A stretch of DNA of 64,000 nt from Chara braunii (Eukaryota; Plantae; Charophyceae). Location of the stretch: NCBI GenBank assembly GCA_003427395.1, contig BFEA01000006.1, positions 95,225-159,224 on the forward strand, given 5' to 3'. The notes beneath the pieces were generated by a model. The model searched no databases. It was given only the letters and a program-made list of their open reading frames with translations, and was not told the origin of the DNA. This document shows, piece by piece, positions 52,591 to 64,000 of the stretch. The position numbers and the translations under genes are program-made. Each line of letters opens with the position of its first letter. The first letter of the stretch is position 1.

Positions 52591-55199
52591 CTACTCACAC
52601 AACTCCTCCTGGTTTTGTTTGTATAATTGAGCCCTACCCCCATCTGGAGCTCGTTCCACTATCCTGCCCTGCCTGTCGTAGAATTTGTCGTTGAACTCCG
52701 CAACTCGCCCCTCGGCCTTATCCTCGAGGAGCTCTGGGCAGTCCACGGCTCTATGCCCTTCCTTCTTGCACCAAAAGCAGGAGGTATCGTGCCTCCTGGC
52801 AGTCTTCTTCTTTCTCCCCTGGGAACTCGATGCTGAAGGTGTCCCCATAGTCTCGGGGGTCACCTCATGACACGAGGGCAATCCCATATGGCCCTAGGGT
52901 TCGGGCTCCATAGCCTCAGCACCCTCACCCTCTTGTACGGCTGTGCTCACTGGCCTGTAGTCTGATGTGTCCAACTCTTGGGGTCCCTCCTCATGAGGCC
53001 TCTCTGTCACAACCACACCCCCACATAATCCTGATGGCTGAGAGCCTGCCACGGCGGCCGGCTCACTCATGACCTCCTGTTGCTGCTACCGCCCTGAATC
53101 AGGTCCTCCCGAGTCCGTCCCTGTGGCCCAAGAGCCCAGCTCCGCCCTCAACTCTCCCAACCTCGGGGCGTACTCTGGAGTGTCGAGTCTCTAAGGCCCC
53201 TCCTGTGGGGAACCTATCCCCATGGCTGCCGCCAGCTCATGCAAACGTGAGCCTCTCGTCCCCGTGGACATAGTCATAAGCGACTCATGTACTCCACCCT
53301 CCTCCTCGGCCGTGTCCGAGGGCACCTCCCTTATTGGCTCGGCCTGTCGAGGGGCCTCCACCGCTGCTCCCTGACTTGGCGACGCCTGCATCCCTCGGCT
53401 CTGGCCATCGGCACCGGCTCGTCCCGCCTAGCTAGCCTCCAAGGCTGTAGAGAGTCTGTCCACCACGGCTGCCATCTCTCCAAATCTCCTCTCCCACTCG
53501 ACCTCCCGGGCCTGGCTCCTCGCCCTCTCCTCGGCAAGTTGAGTAGTCAGATGCTCCACCTCCAACCTCCTGGTCGTAAGCTCGTCGTCGAGTAGGCTAT
53601 ACCGCTGGAACGATGTAACCGCCACCTCGCGCATCCTCCTATCCCCGAGCTCGATCGCCATCCTAGTCGCAGAGAACCCCAAGTCCCCCATCTCCCTCAG
53701 CTCACCCGCCTCATCGTCCGTCTGTCCCGTCCCTTGGGCTCGATCGGTGGTGTCGGCTCTATCTCTGTCGCCTCCATCTCCGCCTGCCTAGCGTGTATTT
53801 CGTCCAAACGGACTCGCACTCTGGCGGACTTCTCTTCGCGGGTTTCTCTTTGGGCTCTTCTCACTCGCGGCCCCTGGCCTTCCGAAGTCGACGCCTCGGC
53901 CCCCAATCTATCGCTCGTACTCGGCAATGTCGACGGTAGCCTTTCCAGTACGGGCTCCTCGATAGCTGGGTGCTTGGTCGCGGGCATAACTGAAGGTAAA
54001 TCGTAAATCGCCTCCATCCTCGCTCTCTCACCCGCCCCCTGCTCCTCTATCTCTACCTCCTGCTCAGGCACCGCAGTGGTCTCTGGGGGGAACTCCGGAA
54101 TCTCCTCGCTGCCTGGCTCAGGAATCCCCTCTAGCCATGAATGTTGTGCTGGCTCCGGAACTGGGGAGCATGGAGGGGTATCGTCTCCGACCGTGATCAC
54201 CTCCCCGCCCTGAGGCCGTACCGGATCCGGCTACTTGGCTGCCATCTCAGGATCCTGCGGCCCCTCTCGGTCCTGCATGTTCGTCTCCGTCTCGGGGTCC
54301 AAAGGCTCCTCCAACAGCACATAGCGCGCTGGCTCAACTGAGCCCTCTCCCAACCGTGAGGCCTCCCATCGAGATACATCAAGGTGAGTAGCTAAGTTTC
54401 GAAATGACGTCTCTCCTGGTATGTCCAGCCCCTGCCCTTATGGCAACGGTGAAGGCGGTCTCAGCTCCTCACGCGTAATCCGCCGAAACTCAACTGCCCG
54501 GAGGCCACAAACAGGGAACGACTCCTCCTCCGATGTGGGCCTTGCGGGCTCATCCTCCCGTTGTGCTGGGGCCCTCCTCCTCTCTCTGGCCAGCCCCACC
54601 TCTCTCAGCGCTGGTTCCCTTGGCCTCTTGCTTCGCCTCCGCCTCTCGACCCTGGGCTCGGGCCTCTCACGCTCTGGCCGTCCGAACGCCCTCCTAAGCT
54701 GGGCCTGGCAGTCCTCCCAATCTCAAGCTCTTTCCCGGATCTGTCTGGCCACCGGCCTCTCTGCCCCCCTTGTCCAAATAAGTAGGGCCTGTACCCACTC
54801 CTCCTGCGCAATCCCCTGACTCAACATGTAGTGCTCATACGCGGGAATAAACTCCTCCGCGTTCCCTTCCTCTAACCGAATGGGCATGTCGTCACGTCCC
54901 CTGGGCGAAGCCCTCAGTCGCTGCATCCCGGCCTCCATATCCGGCCAAGTCAGGGCCTCCTCGCATATCTGAGCGACAGGCTCCTCAAATCGCCCTATAC
55001 CCCTCAAGTGGTGAATCCTCTCCGCCACTGACCACCCTCTCTTTGCCGCGTGATCCCGATAAACGTCCAGGAAGAGCTCTATATTATCGTCATCGAACTC
55101 AGGCGTAGGCTCCCTCCTAGGCGGCTCGTGCTGCTCGCCTCTCCCCGCTGCCCTCTGGGGCCCCTGCCGTGGCCGTGCGTCCCTCCCGCCCCTCTACAC
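52591..55199 (-). pseudogene. Second Gag-like ORF downstream of pol (two capsid-like N-terminal repeats, coiled coil, CCHC zinc knuckle)
   Basis: Read-through gives PTPEFDDDNIELFLDVYRDHAAKRGWSVAERI... and PIRLEEGNAEEFIPAYEHYM...WVQALLIW. Coiled coil at 53428-53691. C-terminal CFWCKKEGHRAVDC in 52591-52887. Several stops and frameshifts. Confidence 0.75.
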
Positions 55200-55394
55200 G
55201 ACTGCCTTCGAAAAGTCAGACTTGCAGAATAGGCGAGAGACAACAAACAGGCACACATCAGGGAGCCTATTGGCTTAGGGAAATCCCACATACACTCCAC
55301 ATCCATCCACTCCAATCAATCATCTATCTAATCACCTAACATGGGTAATATCTGGGCAAGACTCTATTCCTAACGAGGTCTCATGGTCCCTTAC

Positions 55395-56510
55395 CTATTC
55401 CCTAGCCACGAACTTCTTCAGCCTTGTCCCTGATACCCAGTCCTGCCACCCCGCCCCATCCAACTCTTCAATTTGGTAGGCCCCAAACTCGCCACACCGC
55501 ACGATCCTATAGAGTCCCAGCCACCGTTTGTCGAGTTTCCTAGACCATTGTTTTTCCAGCGAGGAGTCATACAGCAGTACCACATCTCCAACCTTCAGCG
55601 GATCCTTTCTTACACGGGGCATCTGGTCCCATCTCATCTTGTCTTCCATACGGCTCCTCTCTACCTGACCAGCGGCTTCTCGCAACCTTTCCTCAGCCGC
55701 TCCCACCTGCCGCGTCCGAATATCGAGCAGTTCTTCGAAAGACAGGTTCACTTCCAAGTCATGGCGCCTCCACGTCTTCATGAAACTTTCTATGGGAAAG
55801 GTGGCATGCCTCTCGTACCATAGGGTGGTTGGCGCATACTTGATGGTCCTTTTTACTGTAACATTTTCCACAAAGAAAGCTGCTCTCAGAAATTTCGGTC
55901 ACTGGTTAGGCCTTCCCTCAGTCCATTTGGCCAGAAGATTCGTGATGGTACTGTGCCCCCTCTCCACAGGTGCGTTCGCCTGGGGGTGCGCGGCAGTAGT
56001 ATAGTTTGCTACCACGCCATACCCCGCAAGTAAGGTCCGCACCTCGTTACAGGTGAATTCCGACTCCCGGTCCATCACAAATTCTCTGACAAACGGATAG
56101 CGCAGGTAATACTCTTCGATACACCTTGCTAAAACTGGGTCAGTCTTTGTGCGAATAGCCCGACCGTCCACGAATCCGGTAAGGTTGTCCCATGCGTCGA
56201 AGATATAGTTACTTCCATCCTCCCCGAGTGGCATAAACAACAGGTCCAGGTGCACGACTGCACCCACTTCCCTTTCCAACCTGGGGTGGAGAGGCTCCCC
56301 AGGCCTTTGCACTGACCTCTGCTGGCAAGGTACACAGGACTGGCAGTACTTGATGACCATAGTCAACATTTCATCCCAATGGTATAACTCGCTTATCTTT
56401 GCGCACGTGGCACCAACCCCTTTGTGCCCCCCTGCTATACCATCGTGTAGGGCTGCTATGACATCGATCTGCCGGTTCCTCCCATATACGTTCCTCTTGG
56501 GGTTCCCAAC
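55395..56510 (-). pseudogene. Integrase
   Basis: HDGIAGGHKG...CQSCVPCQ (HHCC); VHLDLL, VMDRESEF, ANAPVERGH (DDE); WLGLYRIV (GPY/F-like). Confidence 0.92.
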
Positions 56511-57683
56511 CTATCGCTTTATAAACAGATGGCCATCTCTTACTACGTAGAGATGCCTCATCTTCTGGGCTTTAGCACTTGCGTCCCTATCCCTTATTTC
56601 GCACGATATGAGTAACCCCAACTCCCGATAGATCCCGTCATATTCTTCTGCGCGGAAGGCCTCCCTGATTTCTCCCTCTTCGAACTCATTGTCCTGGCTC
56701 ATAGGAACAAGACGTTCACTTCCCTCAGGACCAAATGAGCCCCTCTGGTCAAAACTCTCCTGTAGGAGTGTATTAGTGAGCAAATACATTTCTCTCATTA
56801 ATTGCTCATGCTCCTCTACCTGGGTTGGGCCTTCCTCTATCGTCCTCACCTCCTCCGCCAGACTATGTGTACCCGCCAATGCCAACTTCATCATCCAGCC
56901 AACATCCTTATTCCCCCACGGATCTTCTTCCTGGAAGGGCTTGAGGACCAACTCCTCCCTTCGCTCGTATTCCCTTGGCGCTAGCCATATGGGATGCGTG
57001 ACGCAACTAGGCACCTTCAACGACCATTCATTTATGTGGAGGCGGACATCCTCCTCCTGGTCCAAAAATCCGTCGACTGGCGGGGTATCCTCAATCAACC
57101 TTTGATTCGCCCCTTCCCAGTTGATATGGCTCAGCCCATCTGCCCTGTTCTTGTCCCCTGGAATCCTCTCCAACTCGAAGTTAAACATCCAAATGTAAGT
57201 CAACCACCTCGCGATGGTTGGGTCAGNTGGAGTATAACTTTTCAGGGAACACGCAAGCGCAGTAGGGTCCACCCTCAAAATGAGCCTCCTGCCAAAGATA
57301 TAGTTCCGGAAGGTCCTTAGGCAATGGAGTACCGCCAACGTCTCCTTCTTAAACTGCGAGTAGTTCCTCTCAGTCGTATTGAGAGTACGACTTTCAAACC
57401 TTAGCAGCCTCTCCTTCCCATCTGCATCTGCCTGAATCATGACCCCTCCTAAGGCAGTTGGCCCAGCGTCCGTCTCGACAACGAATGGCCTTTCCTCCGT
57501 GGCCTCATAATTCGGCGCTCCCAGCACCAAGCCTCCTTCCTTGAACTCTCCCTTCATCCTTTCCACAGCCTTCTCCTGGTCTTCATCCCAGATCCACTCC
57601 TGATCCTGACGCACCAGCTTCCTCAAATGCTCCGTCTTGGTGGGGAAGTCCTTCACAAAACTTCTCAAACCCACAGGTCCCAA
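56511..57683 (-). pseudogene. RT connection and RNase H
   Basis: WIWDEDQEKA, FVVETDAGPTALGGV, NYSQFKKETLAVLHCL, RVDP, ARW, NRADGLS. Confidence 0.92.
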
Positions 57684-58713
57684 GGAAGCTCCTCACATTC
57701 GTTATCGACTGAAAGGGGACTGGCCATTCTAGGATCTTTTCCGTTTTCTTCACATCTGGCGTCCACCCCTTCTCATTACAGACAAAGTCCAGGATCGTGA
57801 CCTCCCTCATACAGTGCTTCGACTTGGGGCCGCTCGCCGTCAAGTTGTGCTCCTCCAGCAGACCCAGGACCTGATCGATATCCTGGATGTGTTTCCAGCT
57901 GAACCGTCTCACTTCGGGCATCACTTCGTCTTCCTTCTTCTCTTTTGGACCCTTGACCGCCAGATCGTCAATATAGGGCTGGGTAATATGTGAACTAATC
58001 GTCTGCATGGCCCTAATCATGTGTCTTTGCACCATCGTCACCGCATTAGTCCACCCCTGAGGGGCCACGTTCATGTGGATCAGCCCCCTTGGCGTATGCA
58101 TTGCCGTTACCGGCCTATCTGGCGGGTATACGGAAAACTGGTCATACCTAGAATAAAGGTTTATAAGTGAGATTATAGGTCTTCCTGCGCATGACTCTGA
58201 CAGGGCGTCCGCGTTCGGCAATCCTTCCGCGTCCCGCACTGTCATTGCATTCAATCGCTGTAAATCCTGCACCCACCGTAGCGTCCGGTTCGGCTTGATA
58301 AAACAAAACCAAGGTGAGGCATACGGTCCACTGGAGTAGACAGCCATGTGCGTCCGCATCTTCCCGTCCATGTAGTCCACCACCTTCTTCTCCTCATCTG
58401 GATTCAGGTATCGCGCGCCCCTTAGATTCCACGGCCCGTGTGGGACGGTATGGATTCGTATCATTGGGATCTTATCCACGTCCAACCTCTCACGCTCGTC
58501 ATCATTAAACGCATATGCGCAATGCCTCCTCTTCATGGTCTCCACCATCAAGGTCCTCTCCTGGGGCGAAAGGAAGCCAGGCTCGCCAATTATCAGCCCC
58601 TCCTCATTTTCGTTATTGATGCGGCACGGCCCTGCCTGCGCGCGCTCCCGCATATGTCTTATCAGCCCTCGCTCCCGCTCATAATAGGCTTCCTCATCCT
58701 CCATGACAAGCAC
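57583..58713 (-). pseudogene. Gypsy reverse transcriptase
   Basis: YASPWFCFIKP, LRWVQDLQRLN, APQGWTNA, YIDD, VRSFLGTCGF. Confidence 0.95.
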
Positions 58714-58736
58714 AGGGACCGGGCGGCACTTCTTAT

Positions 58737-60338
58737 CTATAGTCTTGTACCGCCTTTGGGAGCCCTGCTTAAGCCCTCCCCTAAAAAAGGCCGACTTGTC
58801 GTTCGGGCCTGGGACATCGCAGGGTCCCCTTTCCTTCCGGGAAGCCGATAGATCAGTTCCACTTCTCCCACCTGAGGGCTCTCCAGGACCTGCTCCCTCA
58901 ATGCCTTTATAGCCTCAGGGTCAGCCATATCATGCGCCGCCACCACCTCCATTGCCTTATTCACGTCGTTAAGGCTTAGGGACAATACCTCGCCCACTCC
59001 TTCCTTTTCTTGTTCCTCCAGGAGTCTTCGTCGCGCGTACTCAGACTCCTCGAAGGTAAAGGAGCCAAGGTTGAGCCTGTTCCTCCCACTTCCGGGCCCT
59101 GTGTTCCGGCACTTTATGATTTCGTAGTTCCCGCAGGCCGGATAAGATAGGGCCAGGATCATCGTCCCCTCATGCCTATTGAAGACCAAAGTCTCCGTTC
59201 GGCAGAGGAACGACCTCCCCAGAAGGATAGGGTGGTCGACATCGGGCATGACGAAGAAGCACGTTCGCGCCCTTACCCTCCCAATTTCCACCATCACGTT
59301 AGACGAGGTGCCGCAGAAAATCGCCTTACAATTGACCTCATGCAACACACCATGATCCGAATGATTAACCTCCAGCCCTAGCATAGTCGCGTCCCGCTCC
59401 CGGATGATATTCATCTCGGCGCCTGTGTCCACCATTGCGATGCTCGGCTGGTCTCTTGCCTTCAGATCCACCAACCCACATGCCACACATTTCCAATCCA
59501 TCCTGGTGCCCGCCTCTGTCCATTCTATCTCTCTGGGCAGAATTGAGCTCAGGTGGACGTTGGGCACTAACCTTCGTGAGAGCCGCCCTTTCAGCTCGTC
59601 ACGGAGCCTTGGTGCCGACACCAAGATATCCTTTAGATTCATCAAATCGTTGTGGCCCTCCAGGAGCTTGTCCACCATTCGCTCCACGTCAAAACCTTCC
59701 TCCAGCCGGACCGCATACTTCTTCCTTTTTGGCACGCCATCGTGCAGGCTCGGCTCCGCCCCTCCCTGAATTCCTCTCTTTTTGGCCCTCTGCTCGGCTC
59801 GCTGGTCCTCCTCCTGCCGGAGCCTCTCATCCTCTTCGTCATCAACCTCCTCTTCCTCCTCCTGAACCTCCATCACTTCCTTCCTTCGTTCAGGCTCAGG
59901 TTCCCTTCGAGGAGGCGCCCGGCCAGGTGCCTGGCTGGGCCCTTCACTAGCGGTAGCCCTACTTTGGCCCCTAGTCTGCGCGGCCTGTGGCACCCTTCCA
60001 TGTGACGTAGGGGGCCTGAAGGTCATCCCTGACCTAGGACCTGCCCCAGTCGTCGCCACGCTTGGACACCCTTGCGGTCCTGATGATGAATCCGGGTCGG
60101 ACCCATAGAGCATTACTTCAGGAAGGTTCATTTCCCACTCTCGAGCCTCCTCACACATCACCCTCAATCGTTCCTGGTACCTGCCCACCTTCGCCAGCAG
60201 GTCCTCCATCCTTTCCAAGATGGTCAAGGCTGACTCTCTTACCACCTCCTGCGCCTCATCATCTAACTCCACGACTATAGGCTCCTCCTTTATAGTCCCT
60301 GCTTTTAGTTGTTGAGTCACTTCCTCACTCTCATCCAC
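58737..60338 (-). pseudogene. Gag-pol linker and aspartic protease
   Basis: AMVDTGAEMNII and ILLGRSF motifs. Confidence 0.9.
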
Positions 60339-60521
60339 GATCTCTTCGACCCTTACACCCGGGTCCTCCCTTTCCTACCATATCCTGAACATCGTTGGGG
60401 CTGTTGGTGGCCCTGCCGCCGCTCGTCTGAGGGCTTCCTGCCTAATCCCTCCCGGGGTCTTGGGATCGATGTGCTTCCCCCACCTATCGTATATGTCCCC
60501 ATCCAAGCAGGAGGAGATCAG

Positions 60522-61976
60522 TCATGCCAGCTCGTCATCCCGCCGCTGTTGGCAGAACCTTATGGTGTGGCCCACCTCGCCACAATGCCAACAAGTTGCG
60601 TTTTGCCAATCGAAGCAGGGCCTCCCATATCCTTGGCCCCCCTCCTGGCTGCCCTGACCGCCCTGGCTCTGGCCTCCCTGATTATTCCAACCACCCCCAC
60701 GGCCCCAACCACTCCCTCCTCGTCCCCGGCCACGCCCTCCTCGACCCCCTTGGCCCCAGCCCCCATTGCCTTGCCCGCCTTGTCCTTGGCCCCCTCCCCC
60801 GGCCACACTAGCCTGCGAGGCCTGTTGGGAGGGCGGCGGTTGGGCCACAGGCTGGCCTTGGGTTGCCGGATAGCTCGGGGGGCCCATACTGGCCGATGGG
60901 CCCGAATAGGGGACCATGTGTCCCATGTGGGCTTGACTCCCTCCACATGAGGCACAGTGGTTGCAACTAGGCCAGGGTGCGGACTGACAATGCGGCACCC
61001 AGTGCCCGCAAGTTGGTGGCGGCCCCATATGCGATAGTCCCGCTGGCGCTGGCGCGGCCGCGGCGACAGGCGGCGGTGCAACAATGGCTTGGGGAACCTG
61101 CCCCCTCCCTGATCCCTGCCCTCCCAGTAGCAGGTTACGCTGCTTCATCTGGGCCTTAGTCAGGGCTTGGGAGCCCGTCTCCCCTCCGCCGTAGTCCTCC
61201 TGCCCAACCTCCTCCTCTACTGCCCCTGACGCCCGGCCTTGGGCCACTAGCACCCCTCTTTTCTGTATTTCCGCTTCGTTGTCATACCCCAGTGCTGCCA
61301 ACACGTCCGTAACGATTCTCTTCACCCCTGGGGGCCCGGATGCGGTAGCATCCCTCTCCTTCCTCTTGCGCCTTTGCAGCCTCATTTGGTGCTGCTCCAC
61401 CTGGTCCAGGCTCCCTTCTTCCACTCCTTTGTCAATGGTTGCCCAAGTGAGCCTCTCACTCCCTTCCCCATACTTTGTCAGCTCTGTGGCCTCCGAGCCT
61501 GTAAGCAATCCCAGGAATGTGGCGCACTGCGCCTCCTCCGAAATCCCGTGCACTTTCCTCGCCTTTTTCTTAAATTCGTGCACGAACGCCCCAATGGTAG
61601 AGAAGTCTTCCTTGTTCATGGCCTCCAATTCGGCCATGGTCAACAGGCCATCCCCCAGCCTATACTTCCTTCGCATCAGGTCCCCAAACTTTCTCCAATT
61701 GTCACCGGCGGCGTCCACGACCTTACTTACTTTCCGATGGTGACTATGCAGGACGTACCTTAGAACCCGCTGGAGCTTGACCTCATCTGTCAGCCCTACC
61801 AGCGCCTGCTCTGTCAGATCCAACCAGTCAAATACCCGATCCCCTTTGAAATGAAATGTCTCGACCTTTGGGACATTGATCGGCGCCCTCTCGCGCTTGT
61901 CCAAGGCATCGATGAGGTCGTCGAGAGTCACAAGCCTTCTCCCACCTTCCGCCATCTCCTCTGGCATTTTGACCAA
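60522..61976 (-). pseudogene. Gag (capsid-like domain, Gly/Gln/RGG-rich region, CCHC knuckle)
   Basis: CWHCGEVGHTIRFC knuckle. The same frame continues through two stops into 60338, so gag-pol was probably one ORF. Confidence 0.88.
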
Positions 61977-62349
61977 TCGCCTCCGGCTTCAAACTTCTTG
62001 TTATAAGAAATGATAGGACGAAAGACCCCACTCAGCGACTCAATCCTTCACGACCCTATCGAGTTGACCCCTCAAGCATCCGACGCTCTAGACCTGGCAG
62101 ACATCTCTCTTCTCATTCTCCCTTAGGCCTACCTAGATAAGGCCTACCCTTCTCATAAGATCTCCTCTCACACTTGCCTTATTCAAGCTGTCAGCCAAGC
62201 CGTCAATCAATCAATCATTCACCCACAGTCATATAGATCACCATACAGTCCATCTCATAGTTTTTCCCTTACTCACTCATATGCCTAGTTTCTCCCTCAC
62301 TCCCATACCCGGATGTCGTTCCACCAGGGACAACGGTAGGTTTTCGTTA

Positions 62350-62367
62350 TCCCCGGCAACGGCGCCA
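62350..62367 (-). promoter_or_regulatory. Primer binding site complementary to plant tRNA-Asp(GUC)
   Basis: Minus strand TGGCGCCGTTGCCGGGGA lies 2 nt inside the 5' LTR end. Plus strand TCCCCGGCAACGGCGCCA equals the 3' 18 nt of plant cytosolic tRNA-Asp. Confidence 0.93.
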
Positions 62368-62369
62368 CC

Positions 62370-63905
62370 TGTCGAGCGCATCGGTCCGGCACCTCGCGCG
62401 GCAGTGCGGGACCCTCTCGGTCGCGTCACGCAGGAGTTGGACCAACCTCGACACGAACACGCAAATGGAGCTTCCTTAGGCCGCTCCGGCCGAGTGCGCC
62501 AGCCATACCTCTCGCGAGCCCCTACGACAGGATAGGGCCTACGCGAGGCACATCTTACCGCCACCTTATGAGAGTTGTCACCTCCCATTGGTGGGTGTAT
62601 CCCCGCCGAGCTACCAGTCCACAATACGAAAGTTGATCGACTGCAATCGTAGAGGTGAACCAGCCGAGGGCGTTTCTCGTTCGTTGTAGCATAGGGGGTA
62701 CGCGCGGTACTACACCTATCGGACCCGCACGCGAACCGACATCTCGGGGGGTTGAGGTCCCAAGCGCGACTCGTCGTCGGTCGACTAGGACACATCCCAC
62801 ACACCATACGCACATCACTCTAACAACACAGAAATAACAAAATACACACACGCACACGTACGAAACGACACGATAACGCATATCACTCTTAACAAATATA
62901 AAATAAAAAACACATGCCCACGCACACACGCAAGACAGCACGACACAAACAACGTGATAACGCTCCTAGCCCCTCGGTAGCCAACCCATAACTTTTCCGA
63001 CGCGGAAATCGGATAGGCGTCGCGCGCGAGACCCGATATAAAACCGCGCGAACGCGAGGCTATCTCATATCGACTTGCAATGCAAATGTGCGCAAGCCGT
63101 CGCAATGATGGTACTATGTAGTACCCATACTCACGCTGTCCTCGTTAATCTAAAGGGTCATATTTGACACTGAAGTGTCGGCTGACACGCGCCTTGAGGG
63201 TTAATCTCTCGACGCCAGACAGCCGTCATGCGCGTTTGGAGACCACACACCCTCTTCTGCACCCTTATGCAGAGTGGGCGGTACACAGGCCCATGCCTGT
63301 GGTGGTAGTCGTCTCTCGCGGCCCTAGGGATAAGTCCTCCCCGGGCCTAGGCGAAAGTCAAGGGGTTTGACTTTGACGGCCGTCACGGACTACAACATCC
63401 AACCATAAAAATTAAAAAAAAGCACGCACGAAACCAAAAAGAGGGAATAGGGCAAAGGTCTCGTGGCTCTTAAAAGGACTCGTGACCTTGGAGCACCCTT
63501 CCCCTCTATGGGTGGTGTCGGTGGCCTATACTAATCCCAAGCGCTGCGCCTACGTGCAAGCCCGACGATCCTATAACTTTTAGGGGCTGGGGCGGCGAGA
63601 CGTCGCGGCGGGTTGTCTCGCCGGCCAAAGTAATTAGGCTATGTGCGAGGGGAAACCCCTTCCCTGCAGAGCCTAGGGCTTGGGATATCCTAGACAAAGA
63701 CCTTGAATCCCGGCCCAGGACCAACGTCCGACCATTGAAAGCCCCAAGACGCAAATAGGCAGACGGGAGGGTCTCCCCTACGCCCCTCGACCTCAACCTT
63801 TAACCGGGTTTTAACATGGCCTCTTAGGTCTCTCGAGCACTTATCATAGGTATACCCACGCATACATGCATAAGGGAAATAGAAATACGACGATCACTTC
63901 TCACA
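62370..63905 (-). repeat. 5' LTR (~1536 bp)
   Basis: TGTCGAG...TCTCACA; homology to the other LTR stops at ~63907. Confidence 0.9.
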
Positions 63906-64000
63906 GGCACAGTGGGACTCCTCACAACCATGTATATGTATATGGGATCGCAGGCAGTCCAAATCCAAAATCCGAGCCACAGGACATACCTGCAATCACA

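Larger units (their letters stand above)
43188..63905 (-). mobile_element. Ty3/Gypsy LTR retrotransposon (non-chromovirus, tRNA-Asp primed, Athila-like layout), ~20.7 kb, decayed
   Basis: Two homologous LTRs with TG...CA ends, a PBS, domain order gag-PR-RT-RH-IN, and no chromodomain. Flanks GGCGG/GGCAC do not form a clean TSD. Confidence 0.93.

Noticed and set aside
63908-63940. CACAGTG heptamer (Transib/RSS-like terminus)
   Set aside because: No nonamer is present and the window ends; a 7-bp match is insufficient.

Overview
Repeat-dominated eukaryotic genomic window. It is microsatellite-rich, with plant-type U6 sequence and a plant tRNA-Asp PBS; a charophyte alga such as Chara is my inference, not proven. 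No intact host gene is evident. (1) 100-8081: a disrupted gene cluster. It holds a large pseudogene with a ParB/Srx-like motif and a degenerate beta-class N4/N6 DNA-methyltransferase-like domain, plus a Ulp1/C48 SUMO-protease pseudogene. A CACTA terminus, a purine-rich low-complexity tract and an assembly gap follow. (2) 10859-39600: two tandem copies (offset 13,985 bp) of a composite unit carrying a decayed L1-type LINE. The LINE is interrupted by a foldback insert and a non-autonomous hAT element. Part of this duplication looks like an assembly artefact. (3) 43188-63905: a ~20.7 kb Ty3/Gypsy LTR retrotransposon on the minus strand with a tRNA-Asp PBS and decayed gag-PR-RT-RH-IN. It is unusual in carrying a second Gag-like gene with its own CCHC knuckle after pol, plus a ~7.5 kb non-coding cargo region. 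That region contains two tandem U6 snRNA-derived sequences, an array of 11 hairpins with variable stems and a conserved AACUUA loop, and a ~120-bp degenerate tandem repeat. This retroelement RNA-cargo module is the best candidate for an undescribed system.
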